IMG/VR virus record: IMGVR_UViG_3300020046_010243 | Coordinates: 12,937-76,936 of that record | DNA from: a virus | Lineage: Duplodnaviria > Caudoviricetes | Strand: one strand, 5' to 3' | Length of the DNA: 64,000 nucleotides | Part shown: piece after piece, positions 44,244 to 54,060 of the stretch | Layout: the number at the start of each line of letters is the position of its first letter | Numbering within the stretch: position 1 is the stretch's first letter | Notes under the pieces: generated by a model | The model's database searches: none | Told to the model about the DNA's origin: nothing | Seen by the model: the letters and a program-made list of their open reading frames with translations, nothing else | Program-made: the position numbers and the translations under genes

Positions 44244-45064
44244 TTGGCCAACTCCTCAGCCAGATCGCCGCGAGGGAAGGAGTTGAGCGCCGAGTCGGGA
44301 GAGCAGTTGACCACCTCGACCCCTTCGGCTTTGAGGTCGGCAGCGAAGACTGCGAAGTTCTCCTTCCAGGCGCGATGGGGCAGCGAGTTGCTGAGCGGCG
44401 AGGGATGGTCCGGATGCCAATGCTTCCCTTTGAGATCGACTCCGATCAGGAGCATCCGGCGCGTGCCCGCAAGATACGCGAGGTTCATCGCTTGCACCGA
44501 GCTATTCGCTCCCTGTGCGATGTAGGACGGATCCTTGCTCAGGTTCGAGGTGCGCCGACTGGCGATGTAGTTGAGCGAGAACTGCTTTGCTGCGAGTTCG
44601 TCTTGCGTCCAGAGCGCAGCGGGCGGGAAGATTTCGCACGCCTCGGCATAGTAGGTCTTCTTTGTCTCGGGATCCTCGGCGCGCCACCATGCACCATCGC
44701 AGGCGTAGAGAATATCCGCGAAGGGCGCGAGCCGAAAGCTCGTGTTGATAACTATGACCCGCGCATCGCCTCGGGTCTCGCGCCAGTAGCGTACGGTCTC
44801 GCATTGAGTCTCGGAAAGACTCGGACCGCTCGCAACAACCACTACGGTGCAGCCATGCCAAGGCGGGAAGCGCTGCTCGGGAACCTGCGCGACCGCAGGC
44901 GCAGGCACTGGAGGAGGCGCGGTCTTGCTTGCGGGGATGAACTGCTCCGCATAGCCCGACGCGATCCAATCCAGCGCCTTCTCGCGGTTTTCTTCGATGA
45001 ACTGATCTCCCCGACGAATCGGATTGACCGATGTCGGAAGATCCTTTAGTGCACGCAACAGCAT
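44240..45064 (-). CDS. Maf/DUF115/CstII-like sugar transferase with N-terminal small domain
   Basis: VVASGPSL, VINTSF, YACD, NSSVQAMNLAYLAG..MLLIGVD, VVNCSPDSAL. Confidence 0.75.
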   Translation of the reverse strand: MLLRALKDLPTSVNPIRRGDQFIEENREKALDWIASGYAEQFIPASKTAPPPVPAPAVAQVPEQRFPPWHGCTVVVVASGPSLSETQCETVRYWRETRGDARVIVINTSFRLAPFADILYACDGAWWRAEDPETKKTYYAEACEIFPPAALWTQDELAAKQFSLNYIASRRTSNLSKDPSYIAQGANSSVQAMNLAYLAGTRRMLLIGVDLKGKHWHPDHPSPLSNSLPHRAWKENFAVFAADLKAEGVEVVNCSPDSALNSFPRGDLAEELAK

Positions 45065-45095
45065 AGCATCTCCTTTGGGCCGGTGATGCCCAGGG

Positions 45096-46736
45096 TCACT
45101 TCAGTCGGACCTGCGTCGCTTCCTTTCCTTTGACCGCTACTTCGCGGTCCTTGCCTGGACGCCCGCGCTGCGCTGCGAGTTTCCATGAGTCGCTTGTCCC
45201 CGGTACTTCGTTCGTCGAGCGCTTCGCAATCCACCACGAACCATCCCACGCTACCGAATCGCCTCGAGCATAAAGCTTTCCTTGCTCGTATGCATCCCGA
45301 CTGATGACCATCGGGAGCACGACTTCCTGTACGTTGGTTTCCTCGACCTCTCCGTTGCTGTTCAGGCTCATGCGCAGCGTGCGGTCATCGGGAAGGAGTT
45401 CGAGCTTGAAGTCCTTGACCGAGAGACCATCCTTGCCCGCGGGCGGCGGAGGCATCGACTTCAGATAGTGGGTGACGGCGAGATCGACCATGAGCTTTAT
45501 GGCGTCGAGGTCGGGAGCCTTCTCCTTCGGCAATGCGAGGATCGCTTGCGCAACCTCGCCCCTCACCATCGAACGCACTTGCTCGGCATCGACCGAGACG
45601 CCATCCTTGCCGGGGATAGGATCGGGCACGACGATTTCGATTTGCTTCACGGCGTCCTCGACCATCGAAGCGATGACCGCGGGGTCAGCATCCTTGCCGT
45701 TTGCGGGCACCGGGATCAATGCAACCGCCGCATCGACTTGCTCCATGACTTTCTTGAAGACCAGCGCATAGTCGATCTCGGGCGGGGGCGCTTGCGGGGG
45801 CGCGCTCGCGCTCGCTCGCGCGAGAGCAGCCTCGACGATATGATCGAGTTGCTCCATCGATGGGGCTCGTTTCTCTGCGGCTGCGTCGATGAGCGGCGCG
45901 ATCTCCTCGAGAGTCACCGACTTCCCATCGGCGGGCTTCGGAATCTGCGCAACCGCGAGCGATAGCGCGCCATGCAGTTCGGGCAGCGCAGTTTCTGCGA
46001 GTTGCTTGCGCACCTCTGCGCCGATCGCCGGAGCGACATCCTCGAGCGTCACCGAGGTCCCCGGCTTGCCCTCGGGGACTACGATGTTTTTGATTTGCGC
46101 ATCGACTACTTCGACTACGAAGCGGTGCACCGCGGCGAGGTCGACCGGGTCGGCATCCTTTCCGTTCGCGGGCTTCGGGATCGCAGCGACTTCGGCTTGC
46201 ACCGCCGCGAGGATCATCGGCTGCACATCTCCGATCAGCACTGATGCACCATCCTTCGGAATCGGGATCTGCGCGACGAGTGCCTCGAGCGAAGCCGAGA
46301 GCGACTGCGAAAGCTCCTCCTTCATCTTCGCAGCGAGCGAAGGCAGCGCAGCGAGCGCAGCCTCGATAGCGAGCGCGGGATCCGCATCCTTGCCTGGTGC
46401 TCCCGGCGGTGCAGGAGGCAATGCGCGCACCTGCTCAGCGATGGTCTCCTTCACCGAGAGCAGAAGCGCATCCTTGTCGATGCTCTCGCCCGGATCGCCC
46501 TTGGGCCCCGGATCGCCAGGGTCACCCTTGGGCGGGGCAGGGATCGCAGCGAGAGCGGCGCTGACCGCCTTCTCGACGATGAGCGCCAACCCTTCCAGCG
46601 ATTGCGCATGTCGCTGCGCCATCGCCGCTTCGGCTTTCTGGAAGAGGTCAAGCAAATCTGCCTCTCGTTTCGCGCAGTAAGTCTTGACCGAATCGAAGAC
46701 TCGCGCCGCGAGCAGATCCAAATTATTGTCAGACAT
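45096..46736 (-). CDS. head-associated repetitive protein with C-terminal carbohydrate-binding-like domain
   Basis: Repeated IP.P..GK motifs; Y.RGD.V.WDGSWW...W.L..QRGR C-terminus. Confidence 0.75.
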   Translation of the reverse strand: MSDNNLDLLAARVFDSVKTYCAKREADLLDLFQKAEAAMAQRHAQSLEGLALIVEKAVSAALAAIPAPPKGDPGDPGPKGDPGESIDKDALLLSVKETIAEQVRALPPAPPGAPGKDADPALAIEAALAALPSLAAKMKEELSQSLSASLEALVAQIPIPKDGASVLIGDVQPMILAAVQAEVAAIPKPANGKDADPVDLAAVHRFVVEVVDAQIKNIVVPEGKPGTSVTLEDVAPAIGAEVRKQLAETALPELHGALSLAVAQIPKPADGKSVTLEEIAPLIDAAAEKRAPSMEQLDHIVEAALARASASAPPQAPPPEIDYALVFKKVMEQVDAAVALIPVPANGKDADPAVIASMVEDAVKQIEIVVPDPIPGKDGVSVDAEQVRSMVRGEVAQAILALPKEKAPDLDAIKLMVDLAVTHYLKSMPPPPAGKDGLSVKDFKLELLPDDRTLRMSLNSNGEVEETNVQEVVLPMVISRDAYEQGKLYARGDSVAWDGSWWIAKRSTNEVPGTSDSWKLAAQRGRPGKDREVAVKGKEATQVRLK

Positions 46737-46751
46737 TTTCATGACCTCGTG

Positions 46752-47234
46752 TCAGTCAAGCAACCCAGAGTGCAGTGCTGAAATGAGCAGGGCGATTATA
46801 TCCTGATCGTCTCGGAGAATGCGCGCGCGGTTAGAAGGCGGGTAGTAAAAATGATATCCCCCACCAGGCATCGGAGTGATGATCGGAGGTTCCGGCGGTT
46901 CGATAGGCGCACCGATACCCATGCCGAATCGAACGAAAAGCGAAGCCGACTGCACCGTCCCAAGCGTGATGTAGCTGCCGCTTTGCGTGGCCGCAGAAGG
47001 CGCAAGGCCGAGCATTGCGGCCTTGCTTGCGCTCTGTCCATAACCAAAGGTGATATAGCTGCCGCCTTGAGCTGTCGCGGAAGGCACAAGGCCGAGCATT
47101 GCGGCCTTGCTTGCGCTCTGCCCATAGCCAAAGGTGATATAGCTTCCGCCCTCCCCCGGGTCATCGACAAAAGCATGCCACCACGGGTTTGCGAACTCCG
47201 CGCTGTCGAACCAAGGTTGTTGAAACCAAACCAC
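46752..47234 (-). CDS. accessory virion protein with 28-aa tandem repeat
   Basis: GGSYITFGYGQSASKAAMLGL repeated about 2.5 times. Confidence 0.7.
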   Translation of the reverse strand: MVWFQQPWFDSAEFANPWWHAFVDDPGEGGSYITFGYGQSASKAAMLGLVPSATAQGGSYITFGYGQSASKAAMLGLAPSAATQSGSYITLGTVQSASLFVRFGMGIGAPIEPPEPPIITPMPGGGYHFYYPPSNRARILRDDQDIIALLISALHSGLLD

Positions 47235-47238
47235 ACCA

Positions 47239-48096
47239 TTAGCTCCCGTCCAGAACCGTGCCGCTTCGCTCGCCTTCGGCAGTCGCAGTTCCGGCTATGC
47301 GATCGGTGCTGCCGTCGACACTCTTGAACGTGATTGCATATGTCCCGTTACCATTATCTACTACTTCGCAGTTCCCCGCGATGCCCGCGAGAATGACTCG
47401 AAGTACTTCGCTCGCAGTCATGCCTGACTCGATGAGAGCATCCCAAGGGTTCGCCCCCGCCCCTAGATCGTTCAACTTCTCGCCCATAGACCCGGCTGCA
47501 TTGTTCGCAGAAGCAACCGCAGACCAGACTGACTGACCAACGTTTGCGGTGCTGAGTCCGGTCCCGGTCACGACGATATCAATCGCCATGTCGCCGAAAG
47601 CAGCAATGGTGGCGTCGAGATCCCCCGCACCAAGCAGGTTGACCACCATGTTGCCGAGTCCCGACAAGCTCGCTTCCAGGTCGCCCGCCCCGGTGAAGTC
47701 GACGCTTGCATTCAAGCGACCTTGAATCGTTGCGGTCAGCGCGCCCGAACCGCCCAGCGCGCAGAGCATCGACACTACTAGCGCGGCGGTCGCATCGAAG
47801 TCACTTGCTCCGGTGAGGTCTATGCTCATCGGATACGTCGCGATCAAGCTCCCGGCTATGCTGCCGATACCATCGGTCCGCATCGACATTTCACTCGCGA
47901 GGATCGGCGGCTGGTAGGAGTTCTGGAGATAATGACCCGGAGGATTCGCGACGGTCTGTAGAACTTCGGATGCGCCGTCCGGGTAGATGTATTTCTCGAA
48001 CTGGTAGTAGCTATCCCACTGCCCGGGCAGCAGTGCCTGCGCGCTCCCCTCGAACATCCCCGAGAAGCCGATCCGCAAGAAGTTCGAGAGAAGCAT
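47239..48096 (-). CDS. accessory virion (fibre-like) protein, 285 aa
   Basis: Gly/Ala beta-repeat shaft; AGSMGEKLND, TAEGERSG..LD C-terminus. Confidence 0.7.
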   Translation of the reverse strand: MLLSNFLRIGFSGMFEGSAQALLPGQWDSYYQFEKYIYPDGASEVLQTVANPPGHYLQNSYQPPILASEMSMRTDGIGSIAGSLIATYPMSIDLTGASDFDATAALVVSMLCALGGSGALTATIQGRLNASVDFTGAGDLEASLSGLGNMVVNLLGAGDLDATIAAFGDMAIDIVVTGTGLSTANVGQSVWSAVASANNAAGSMGEKLNDLGAGANPWDALIESGMTASEVLRVILAGIAGNCEVVDNGNGTYAITFKSVDGSTDRIAGTATAEGERSGTVLDGS

Positions 48097-49283
48097 TACG
48101 ACGTCCAGCCGAAATTCAGGTGCGCTTCGATGAGCGAGTTCGCCGGAGTCGCAACGCCTGACTTGCCGATCATGTAGAGGGCGGCACCATCGTAGACCCG
48201 CACGCCGCCATCGAAGCGCCAGGGGACGCTCTGTCCGAGGACTTGCAGCGGCACCGGCTCGCCGAGTCGTTTGAAGAGCGCGACGGAGTACATGCCCGAG
48301 GTGTAGGTCGCGCTGTTGCGGATGGTCTGGATAGAGCGGATGCCGCTATCGGCTCCTTGCAGGGGAATCGCGGGGCCGAACTTCCCCGCGCCGGTCGCGC
48401 CGGTATAGAGAATGTGCGAGGCAGTCGCAGCGGTCTTCCCGATCGGCGCGCTAGGCGACGTCGGGGTGGCGCGGCTTGCGGTCCCGGCGCCGTTCTGGTA
48501 GCCGAGAGTCAGTTGCGGCGTACCCGCACCAAGGGCGGTTGCCGAAGGATTGAAGAACATCGCGTCGACGCCGACCCCATCCGAGTAGCGCGGCAGCCGA
48601 ACATCGATGACATTGGTTCCGGTCCCGGCATCGGTATAGGCAATCGCCGTCCCCGCGATGGCATTCGTGCGGCTGGTAGCGAAGCGACTCGTGGTCGCCG
48701 ATACCCGGATCGTATAGTAGTCGACGCCCGCGGTAAGCCCGGTAGGCAGCGCGCCTCCTGAATTGCGGAACCTCACCTTCGAGAGGCTTTGGACGTCGTT
48801 GGTGTAAGTTCCGAGCAGACCCGACGATGACGAGAAGGTAGTAGTCTCTCCGCCGCCTATCCCCGATCCCGTATCGTAGGGCCAGATGACGGTCTGCGCG
48901 GTCGTGGTGGTGACTGAAGTCACCCGGATGAAACCGAGCAGGTCGATCAGTTGCACCCAGAAGGGAACCACGGTTGCCGCCGCGGTGTTCACCATCGCGG
49001 TCTCGAGGATCTTGTAGTCGTCGCCATCGGCTCCGACATCGCCTCCGTGATAGAGGCTACCTGCGCTCGCAGTCTGGTCACTCACCGACTGGAAGAGGAG
49101 GTTGGTGCCCGCATCGAAGATCGCATCGGCCGAGGGGTAGCCGCCGCCCCGGAAGAGAGTATGCCATTCATTCGCAACGGCGGCGGCGGTCGGGTTGAAC
49201 TGCTTGGACATGACGGTTTGGAAGCGCTTGCCGAGCGCCGACATCGAGTTCAGGCGATTGTCGAGTCCGGTGAATCCACCCAT
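48096..49283 (-). CDS. accessory virion protein, 395 aa, paralog of 49285..50142
   Basis: Shared QLIDLL/LIIADYL, LPRYSDG.GV, PL..GD.G(I/V)RS(I/V) motifs. Confidence 0.75.
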   Translation of the reverse strand: MGGFTGLDNRLNSMSALGKRFQTVMSKQFNPTAAAVANEWHTLFRGGGYPSADAIFDAGTNLLFQSVSDQTASAGSLYHGGDVGADGDDYKILETAMVNTAAATVVPFWVQLIDLLGFIRVTSVTTTTAQTVIWPYDTGSGIGGGETTTFSSSSGLLGTYTNDVQSLSKVRFRNSGGALPTGLTAGVDYYTIRVSATTSRFATSRTNAIAGTAIAYTDAGTGTNVIDVRLPRYSDGVGVDAMFFNPSATALGAGTPQLTLGYQNGAGTASRATPTSPSAPIGKTAATASHILYTGATGAGKFGPAIPLQGADSGIRSIQTIRNSATYTSGMYSVALFKRLGEPVPLQVLGQSVPWRFDGGVRVYDGAALYMIGKSGVATPANSLIEAHLNFGWTS

Positions 49284-49284
49284 G

Positions 49285-50142
49285 TTATTTCCTCACCCAT
49301 AAGGTTCGAAGTTGACCTTCAATGATGGCGCCCGACAGGGAGCCGTTCGGCTTACAAATCATCGACAGATATGCATCGTCTTCGATCTGCTCAAACATTC
49401 CAAGATGCTGCCAGAAGGACCAGCCCGATGGGTTAGTGTTTTCGTAGCCCGCAAAAGGCGCGAGAGGCTTGACGAGCACTACTGCGAGGTTCCCGGCGTC
49501 GGCAGAGAAAAACTCGATGCTCTCGACGCTGCGCACCCCACCATCGCCTTGCGCTAGCGGCACGAAGGGACCGGGACAGCCTGCTTTAGTAGGCGCGGAA
49601 GTCGCAACCGTACCGAGGAGCGCCTGGGTATTGATGGTCATGATCGGGGACTGCCTGCCTGCTACGCCCGCAGAGTTCGTATACGTAACGCGGCAGGTAC
49701 CGCCGCCCACATATGGGAACTGCTCGACCAGCATGATCTGCACACCTTCGCCGCTCGAGTAGCGGGGCAGCGTGACTGCATTCGTCATCGACTGCACATC
49801 CTCCATCGGGATCAGAGGATAGTACATCAGGTAGTCGGCGATGATGAGCGAAAGAGGCATCGCAGTGGCGGTGACCGATAGCACGCATGCGTAGTCGAGA
49901 AACTTGCGGTAGTCGGAGCCCTTGTCTTCGCCATGATCCAGCCCGCCGTCGACGCTCCGGCGCAGCGCTCGCGCGGTATTCGGAGACCCATCAGTGAAGT
50001 AATTCGCGGCAGGGTAGCGACCCGACATCGTGAGGTCGACGAAGATGCCTGCTCCGGTTGCGATGGATGGAACCTTGACCCAGGGGCGGGCGAGGACTCG
50101 TCCTTCATCCGGAGCCGAAAACAATTTCGCATGCGTCAGCAC
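49285..50142 (-). CDS. accessory virion protein, 285 aa
   Basis: LPRYSSGEGV, PLAQGDGGVRSVES. Confidence 0.75.
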   Translation of the reverse strand: MLTHAKLFSAPDEGRVLARPWVKVPSIATGAGIFVDLTMSGRYPAANYFTDGSPNTARALRRSVDGGLDHGEDKGSDYRKFLDYACVLSVTATAMPLSLIIADYLMYYPLIPMEDVQSMTNAVTLPRYSSGEGVQIMLVEQFPYVGGGTCRVTYTNSAGVAGRQSPIMTINTQALLGTVATSAPTKAGCPGPFVPLAQGDGGVRSVESIEFFSADAGNLAVVLVKPLAPFAGYENTNPSGWSFWQHLGMFEQIEDDAYLSMICKPNGSLSGAIIEGQLRTLWVRK

Positions 50143-50396
50143 TAGATGCTCCGGCCAGTCAGCGCAGAGAGAAACTGCCGCAGCGTCAGCCGCAACCTAC
50201 GCTCCGCGCGAACCGCTACATTAACATCGCCCTGTCCGCGCAGAGTCACTTTCCGATTCGCCCAGATGATCGCATCCGTATGGTCGCAAGAGAACTTCTT
50301 ACGTGGTTCGCCGCCATCCGGCGCAAGAGTGACATCGACAGCAGCGCCGCAAACGGAGCATTCGTAGAGCGGAGGGAAGCGGTCGCGCAACGACAT
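50142..50396 (-). CDS. small zinc-ribbon protein, 84 aa
   Basis: YECSVCGA..FSCDH. Confidence 0.6.
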   Translation of the reverse strand: MSLRDRFPPLYECSVCGAAVDVTLAPDGGEPRKKFSCDHTDAIIWANRKVTLRGQGDVNVAVRAERRLRLTLRQFLSALTGRSI

Positions 50397-50398
50397 GC

Positions 50399-50833
50399 TC
50401 AGGTCTCCGTGATCGTGACCGATCCGATCGGGAAGCGCGGCTGGATCTGATTCGAGACTGCGATGGAGGCATTCAAGTCACCGTAATGGAAAATCTGCGC
50501 CGATCCTCCCCCGGGCTTACCCGTCGCGGCAGCGACGATGGTGTTGCCCGTGACCCCGCACTGCGGGAACTCGATGGCCGCCGCGTTCGCGGTTGCGCCC
50601 CCAGAGGGAGCCGACCAGCCCCCGGTCGTCCGCGCAGTGCTCTGGCGCGCGTAGTTCGTGTAGGTCGATTCGTTGCTGGCGAGAGTCGATGAGGCGCTAT
50701 AGCTCGCGGTCGCCAGCGCAACTTCGACTGCGGTGATCGGGCTGGTCGCATCATTGTCGGCGATGTCCGCGATAGCCGAGGCATTGTAGTACAGCCCGAG
50801 AACTGCATTGCACATTGCGGTAGACTTCGGCAT
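50399..50833 (-). CDS. accessory virion beta protein, 144 aa
   Basis: NE.TYT.YARQ, NAAAIEFP, LNASIAV...PRFP.G.VTITE pattern. Confidence 0.7.
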   Translation of the reverse strand: MPKSTAMCNAVLGLYYNASAIADIADNDATSPITAVEVALATASYSASSTLASNESTYTNYARQSTARTTGGWSAPSGGATANAAAIEFPQCGVTGNTIVAAATGKPGGGSAQIFHYGDLNASIAVSNQIQPRFPIGSVTITET

Positions 50834-50856
50834 TTCAGAACTCCCCTAAGTTTTGA

Positions 50857-51735
50857 TTATGTAGCTCTGGTTTGAGTGGTCGGCGTTGTCGCGCTATCAA
50901 GCGTGAACGTCATGGCGGTCGTGCTTCCATCCAACTTCTTTGCGGTGAGAGTAGTGCTGGCGATGCTGCGTTCTGCGAGCAACGACCAGATCATATGCAG
51001 TGCTTGCGCAGGAGTCATCGCGCTGCCATCCGCCGCATAGCTTTCGGTCATCGCAGTCGTCCAGCCAGGGTCAACATCCGAAGAAGTTGCCAGCCCGCTT
51101 TGGATTTCGGCGACTGCGTCGGAGGCGAGAGCCGAGGCGTTCAGTGTATTTGCTTGCATAGCGCCGATGGTAGCATCAATCCGCCCGCTGATGAGAGCAG
51201 CGGGCAGGCGGCTCTGGATGTCGCTGATCTCGGTATCGATATAGCCGGCGACCGTTGCGAGGTTCACTGCGCTCGCTCGCGAACTGATGGTCGCGTCGAG
51301 GTTGAGCAAGGAGAGCAGTTGGGTGTCAAGGTTCGCCGAGGCGAGACCGACTGCTGTGCGGATTCCCGCAGCATTGAGCGTCGCCGCTAGAATCGCAGCG
51401 ATATCGGCAGCGAGGCTCGCTCCCGCAGGCGCCCCCGCGCGCGAGAAGGTGTCTCCGCTCTGCGGATAGCTCGGATAGACCTGCACGGTCACGTTGAGCG
51501 CAGCAGAGTTAACGAAGGTGAAAGCGACATGGTCGTAATTCGTCTCCGCAGCCGTCGGCCAGTAAGCCCAGGCCCCGTTCCCAAGATGACTCGACGAAGG
51601 GGAACCCGCGGCCGCAGTCTGCGCTCCGCCGTTGCCGCTCACGTAGACATCAGTCGTTCCGGAGGTCACGGGAGAGCCATCGCTCTTGTTGATTAGCTGA
51701 GCGACAATCAGTTGCGACGCGACATTCTTTTTCAT
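50857..51735 (-). CDS. accessory virion fibre-like protein, 292 aa
   Basis: N-terminal Ig-like HLGNG.W.Y.PT.AETN; LDATISSR shaft; FTLDSATTPT end. Confidence 0.7.
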   Translation of the reverse strand: MKKNVASQLIVAQLINKSDGSPVTSGTTDVYVSGNGGAQTAAAGSPSSSHLGNGAWAYWPTAAETNYDHVAFTFVNSAALNVTVQVYPSYPQSGDTFSRAGAPAGASLAADIAAILAATLNAAGIRTAVGLASANLDTQLLSLLNLDATISSRASAVNLATVAGYIDTEISDIQSRLPAALISGRIDATIGAMQANTLNASALASDAVAEIQSGLATSSDVDPGWTTAMTESYAADGSAMTPAQALHMIWSLLAERSIASTTLTAKKLDGSTTAMTFTLDSATTPTTQTRAT

Positions 51736-54059
51736 GCTGTCACTGCTCCGGGTTGAAGGGCGGCTGCATTAGAAGCATTGGCCCATGCGGGCGAGAAGGA
51801 GGTGATTTTACTCGCCGTAGTCGACCCTCGAATCGCAAGACGCGCACGAGGGTCGACGGAGAAACCACCCGCAGCAAACCAGTCCGAGGCGCCTTTCATC
51901 CATGCTTCGCCCCAGGTTTGCAGTTGCGAAGGAGTACCATTGCCATCCTGTTGCGAATTTTCGGGAGTGATCGAAGCAAGTGTCTTATGCGTGTTGCGGA
52001 AGTAGGCGTAGGTAGTGTCGGCAATATTCGAGCCATCAAGACCGATCGTCGTGTAGTCATCGGCGAAGCTCATCAGGCGCGAAGATCCATATCCGTAGGT
52101 ATAGGCGCCTTGCGCTCCATCATACTTCGTATGCCAATCCATGAACCAGTCGAGCTTGCGACCATTCATCGCTACCACTGCCGCAGCGCGCGAAAGCGAC
52201 ACTACCTCGAAATCAGGCGAAGCGTCTTCGTAGTGGTGGTTGATGTCGGGACCCGCGGTCGCGCCTCCGACTGCAGTCGATTGAAACTGAGTGCGGTAGT
52301 GACCGCCATTACGGCCAGGGGCGTTGATGATCGGGAATACAATGAGATCAAAGCCGCGTCGCAGGGAGATCGCTTTCGCATCCGAGGAGCAGAAGAACTC
52401 GACCGCCCTCTGCATCGCAAGGTTGCCCCCATCCTCGGTAGCGTGCACGCCTGAGAAGAACATAGCCAGTTTCTTCTGCCCCGAAACCGGGGCCAGCGAT
52501 GCATCGGAGACCATGAAGGCGAGCAGCGGGCAAGCGGGAATCGTCCGACCAAGCTCATCGGTCTGCGCCGAATAGGTCGCAGCGACATACGAAGATCCTC
52601 CCGCGACATCGCCGATCATCGTAGGGTAGGTCGCGGCGAGCGACTGAATCCATGCGAGCGCTTCGTCGGTCCCTACGCGCGGGTATTTCGATATCCAGAT
52701 CGCATCATCGGTCATCGCAGCCGAGTGTGAGATCGTGACGGTATTGGTGGTCGTCGGATCCTTCGACGACGCAGTATCCATGTGCGTCCAAGTGAGCTTG
52801 TCCGCACTGAAGTACCCATGGTCAGTCGAAGCCCAGGGTGCCTTGACGAAACTCGAAGCAGTACCCGCGGTATCCGACTCGTAACGATTCATCACTACTT
52901 TGAGCTTCGCGCCCTGCACGCCGCTCACCTTGAAGCAGGCGGTTCGCCAACCGAACTTGTCGGCGGTGTCGCTGTTGTTGCCTGCGTAGGTAAGGCGCGG
53001 AGTCACCGTGATCTCATAAGTCCCATCCGAGAGCACTCGGTACGTGGTGAGGCTTGGGTCGATCGTCGTGAGCGCCGAGGCGCCGTCGATGGTCAAGAGG
53101 CGCTTCGAGTTGGTCGCTCCGCGCATCAAGCCGACGCGGCCCGAGATCACCGCGCCATCGGCCACGTGATTCGCTTGCAAGGATCCGCGCAGCAGACCGA
53201 CGCGACCAGAGATCGCTACTCCGGCTGCGGCGGCTTCGTGGGTCGCGGTGCTTGAGGAGTGAAGCTTGAGGCGCCCGCTGATGTTGGTTGAAACAATCCC
53301 GGCTGCGGGCGCAGGCGGCATGAATGCCGAACCCGGCAAGAAGAAATTTGATATACCGATCGGCGAACGGCCACGCGTAATCGCAGTTTTTGTCGGCCGC
53401 ATTTTGTACGGGCCAAGATCAGTATCGTTTGCCCAGCACAGGATCAATCCAAGTGGTACAGCCAGCGGACCATAGAGTTGCGCGTGCTGGAACTCCGCGA
53501 GCGACAACACTCGGTTCCATCGGGCAACCCAAGCGATGCTCCCATTCCAGGTGCGGTCAGTTCCTTCTCGATTGCCGATATGTAGGTTGCGGCCTGCGGT
53601 AATGCTTCCAGCCCCGCTACCCTCTGCGTTGTTCGCACCGTTGACCGTCTGCTGGGATAACTTTGCGCCATCCGTCCCGACATAGACGATGATCCCGGAA
53701 CTGTTGATCGACCCATCCCAAGACGCCGCAACATGATGCCACTTCCCATAAGCGCCCGTGCCCGCAGTCGTGTTATGCGCAGGACCACCAGCAACTCCAG
53801 TCGTATTACCCTGAAAACCAAATTGAGTATTGCCTGAATTGTGGAGGTGAATAAGACGTGGACCATTCGACGTCGCAGAAGACGTCAAGGCCATTATGTA
53901 TCCACTGCTATTCTCTCCTGTCGCATCAGGATAGACGTATGCCATGCAAGACTGCGCGAGGCAATCCTGCGCTGGATTGGCCCCGAGATTAATAGTACTC
54001 GTCGTTGCATTGAAGAACGATGTTGCGAGCGGGAGACGGCTGAGTCGGTACAGGGACAT
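51732..54059 (-). CDS. LamG domain fused to M14 zinc carboxypeptidase
   Basis: LamG WHHVAASWDG, IGNR, WNRVLS; M14 GVHATE (HxxE), FPIIN, MDWH, SITPE. Confidence 0.8.
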   Translation of the reverse strand: MSLYRLSRLPLATSFFNATTSTINLGANPAQDCLAQSCMAYVYPDATGENSSGYIMALTSSATSNGPRLIHLHNSGNTQFGFQGNTTGVAGGPAHNTTAGTGAYGKWHHVAASWDGSINSSGIIVYVGTDGAKLSQQTVNGANNAEGSGAGSITAGRNLHIGNREGTDRTWNGSIAWVARWNRVLSLAEFQHAQLYGPLAVPLGLILCWANDTDLGPYKMRPTKTAITRGRSPIGISNFFLPGSAFMPPAPAAGIVSTNISGRLKLHSSSTATHEAAAAGVAISGRVGLLRGSLQANHVADGAVISGRVGLMRGATNSKRLLTIDGASALTTIDPSLTTYRVLSDGTYEITVTPRLTYAGNNSDTADKFGWRTACFKVSGVQGAKLKVVMNRYESDTAGTASSFVKAPWASTDHGYFSADKLTWTHMDTASSKDPTTTNTVTISHSAAMTDDAIWISKYPRVGTDEALAWIQSLAATYPTMIGDVAGGSSYVAATYSAQTDELGRTIPACPLLAFMVSDASLAPVSGQKKLAMFFSGVHATEDGGNLAMQRAVEFFCSSDAKAISLRRGFDLIVFPIINAPGRNGGHYRTQFQSTAVGGATAGPDINHHYEDASPDFEVVSLSRAAAVVAMNGRKLDWFMDWHTKYDGAQGAYTYGYGSSRLMSFADDYTTIGLDGSNIADTTYAYFRNTHKTLASITPENSQQDGNGTPSQLQTWGEAWMKGASDWFAAGGFSVDPRARLAIRGSTTASKITSFSPAWANASNAAALQPGAVTA

Positions 54060-54060
54060 G

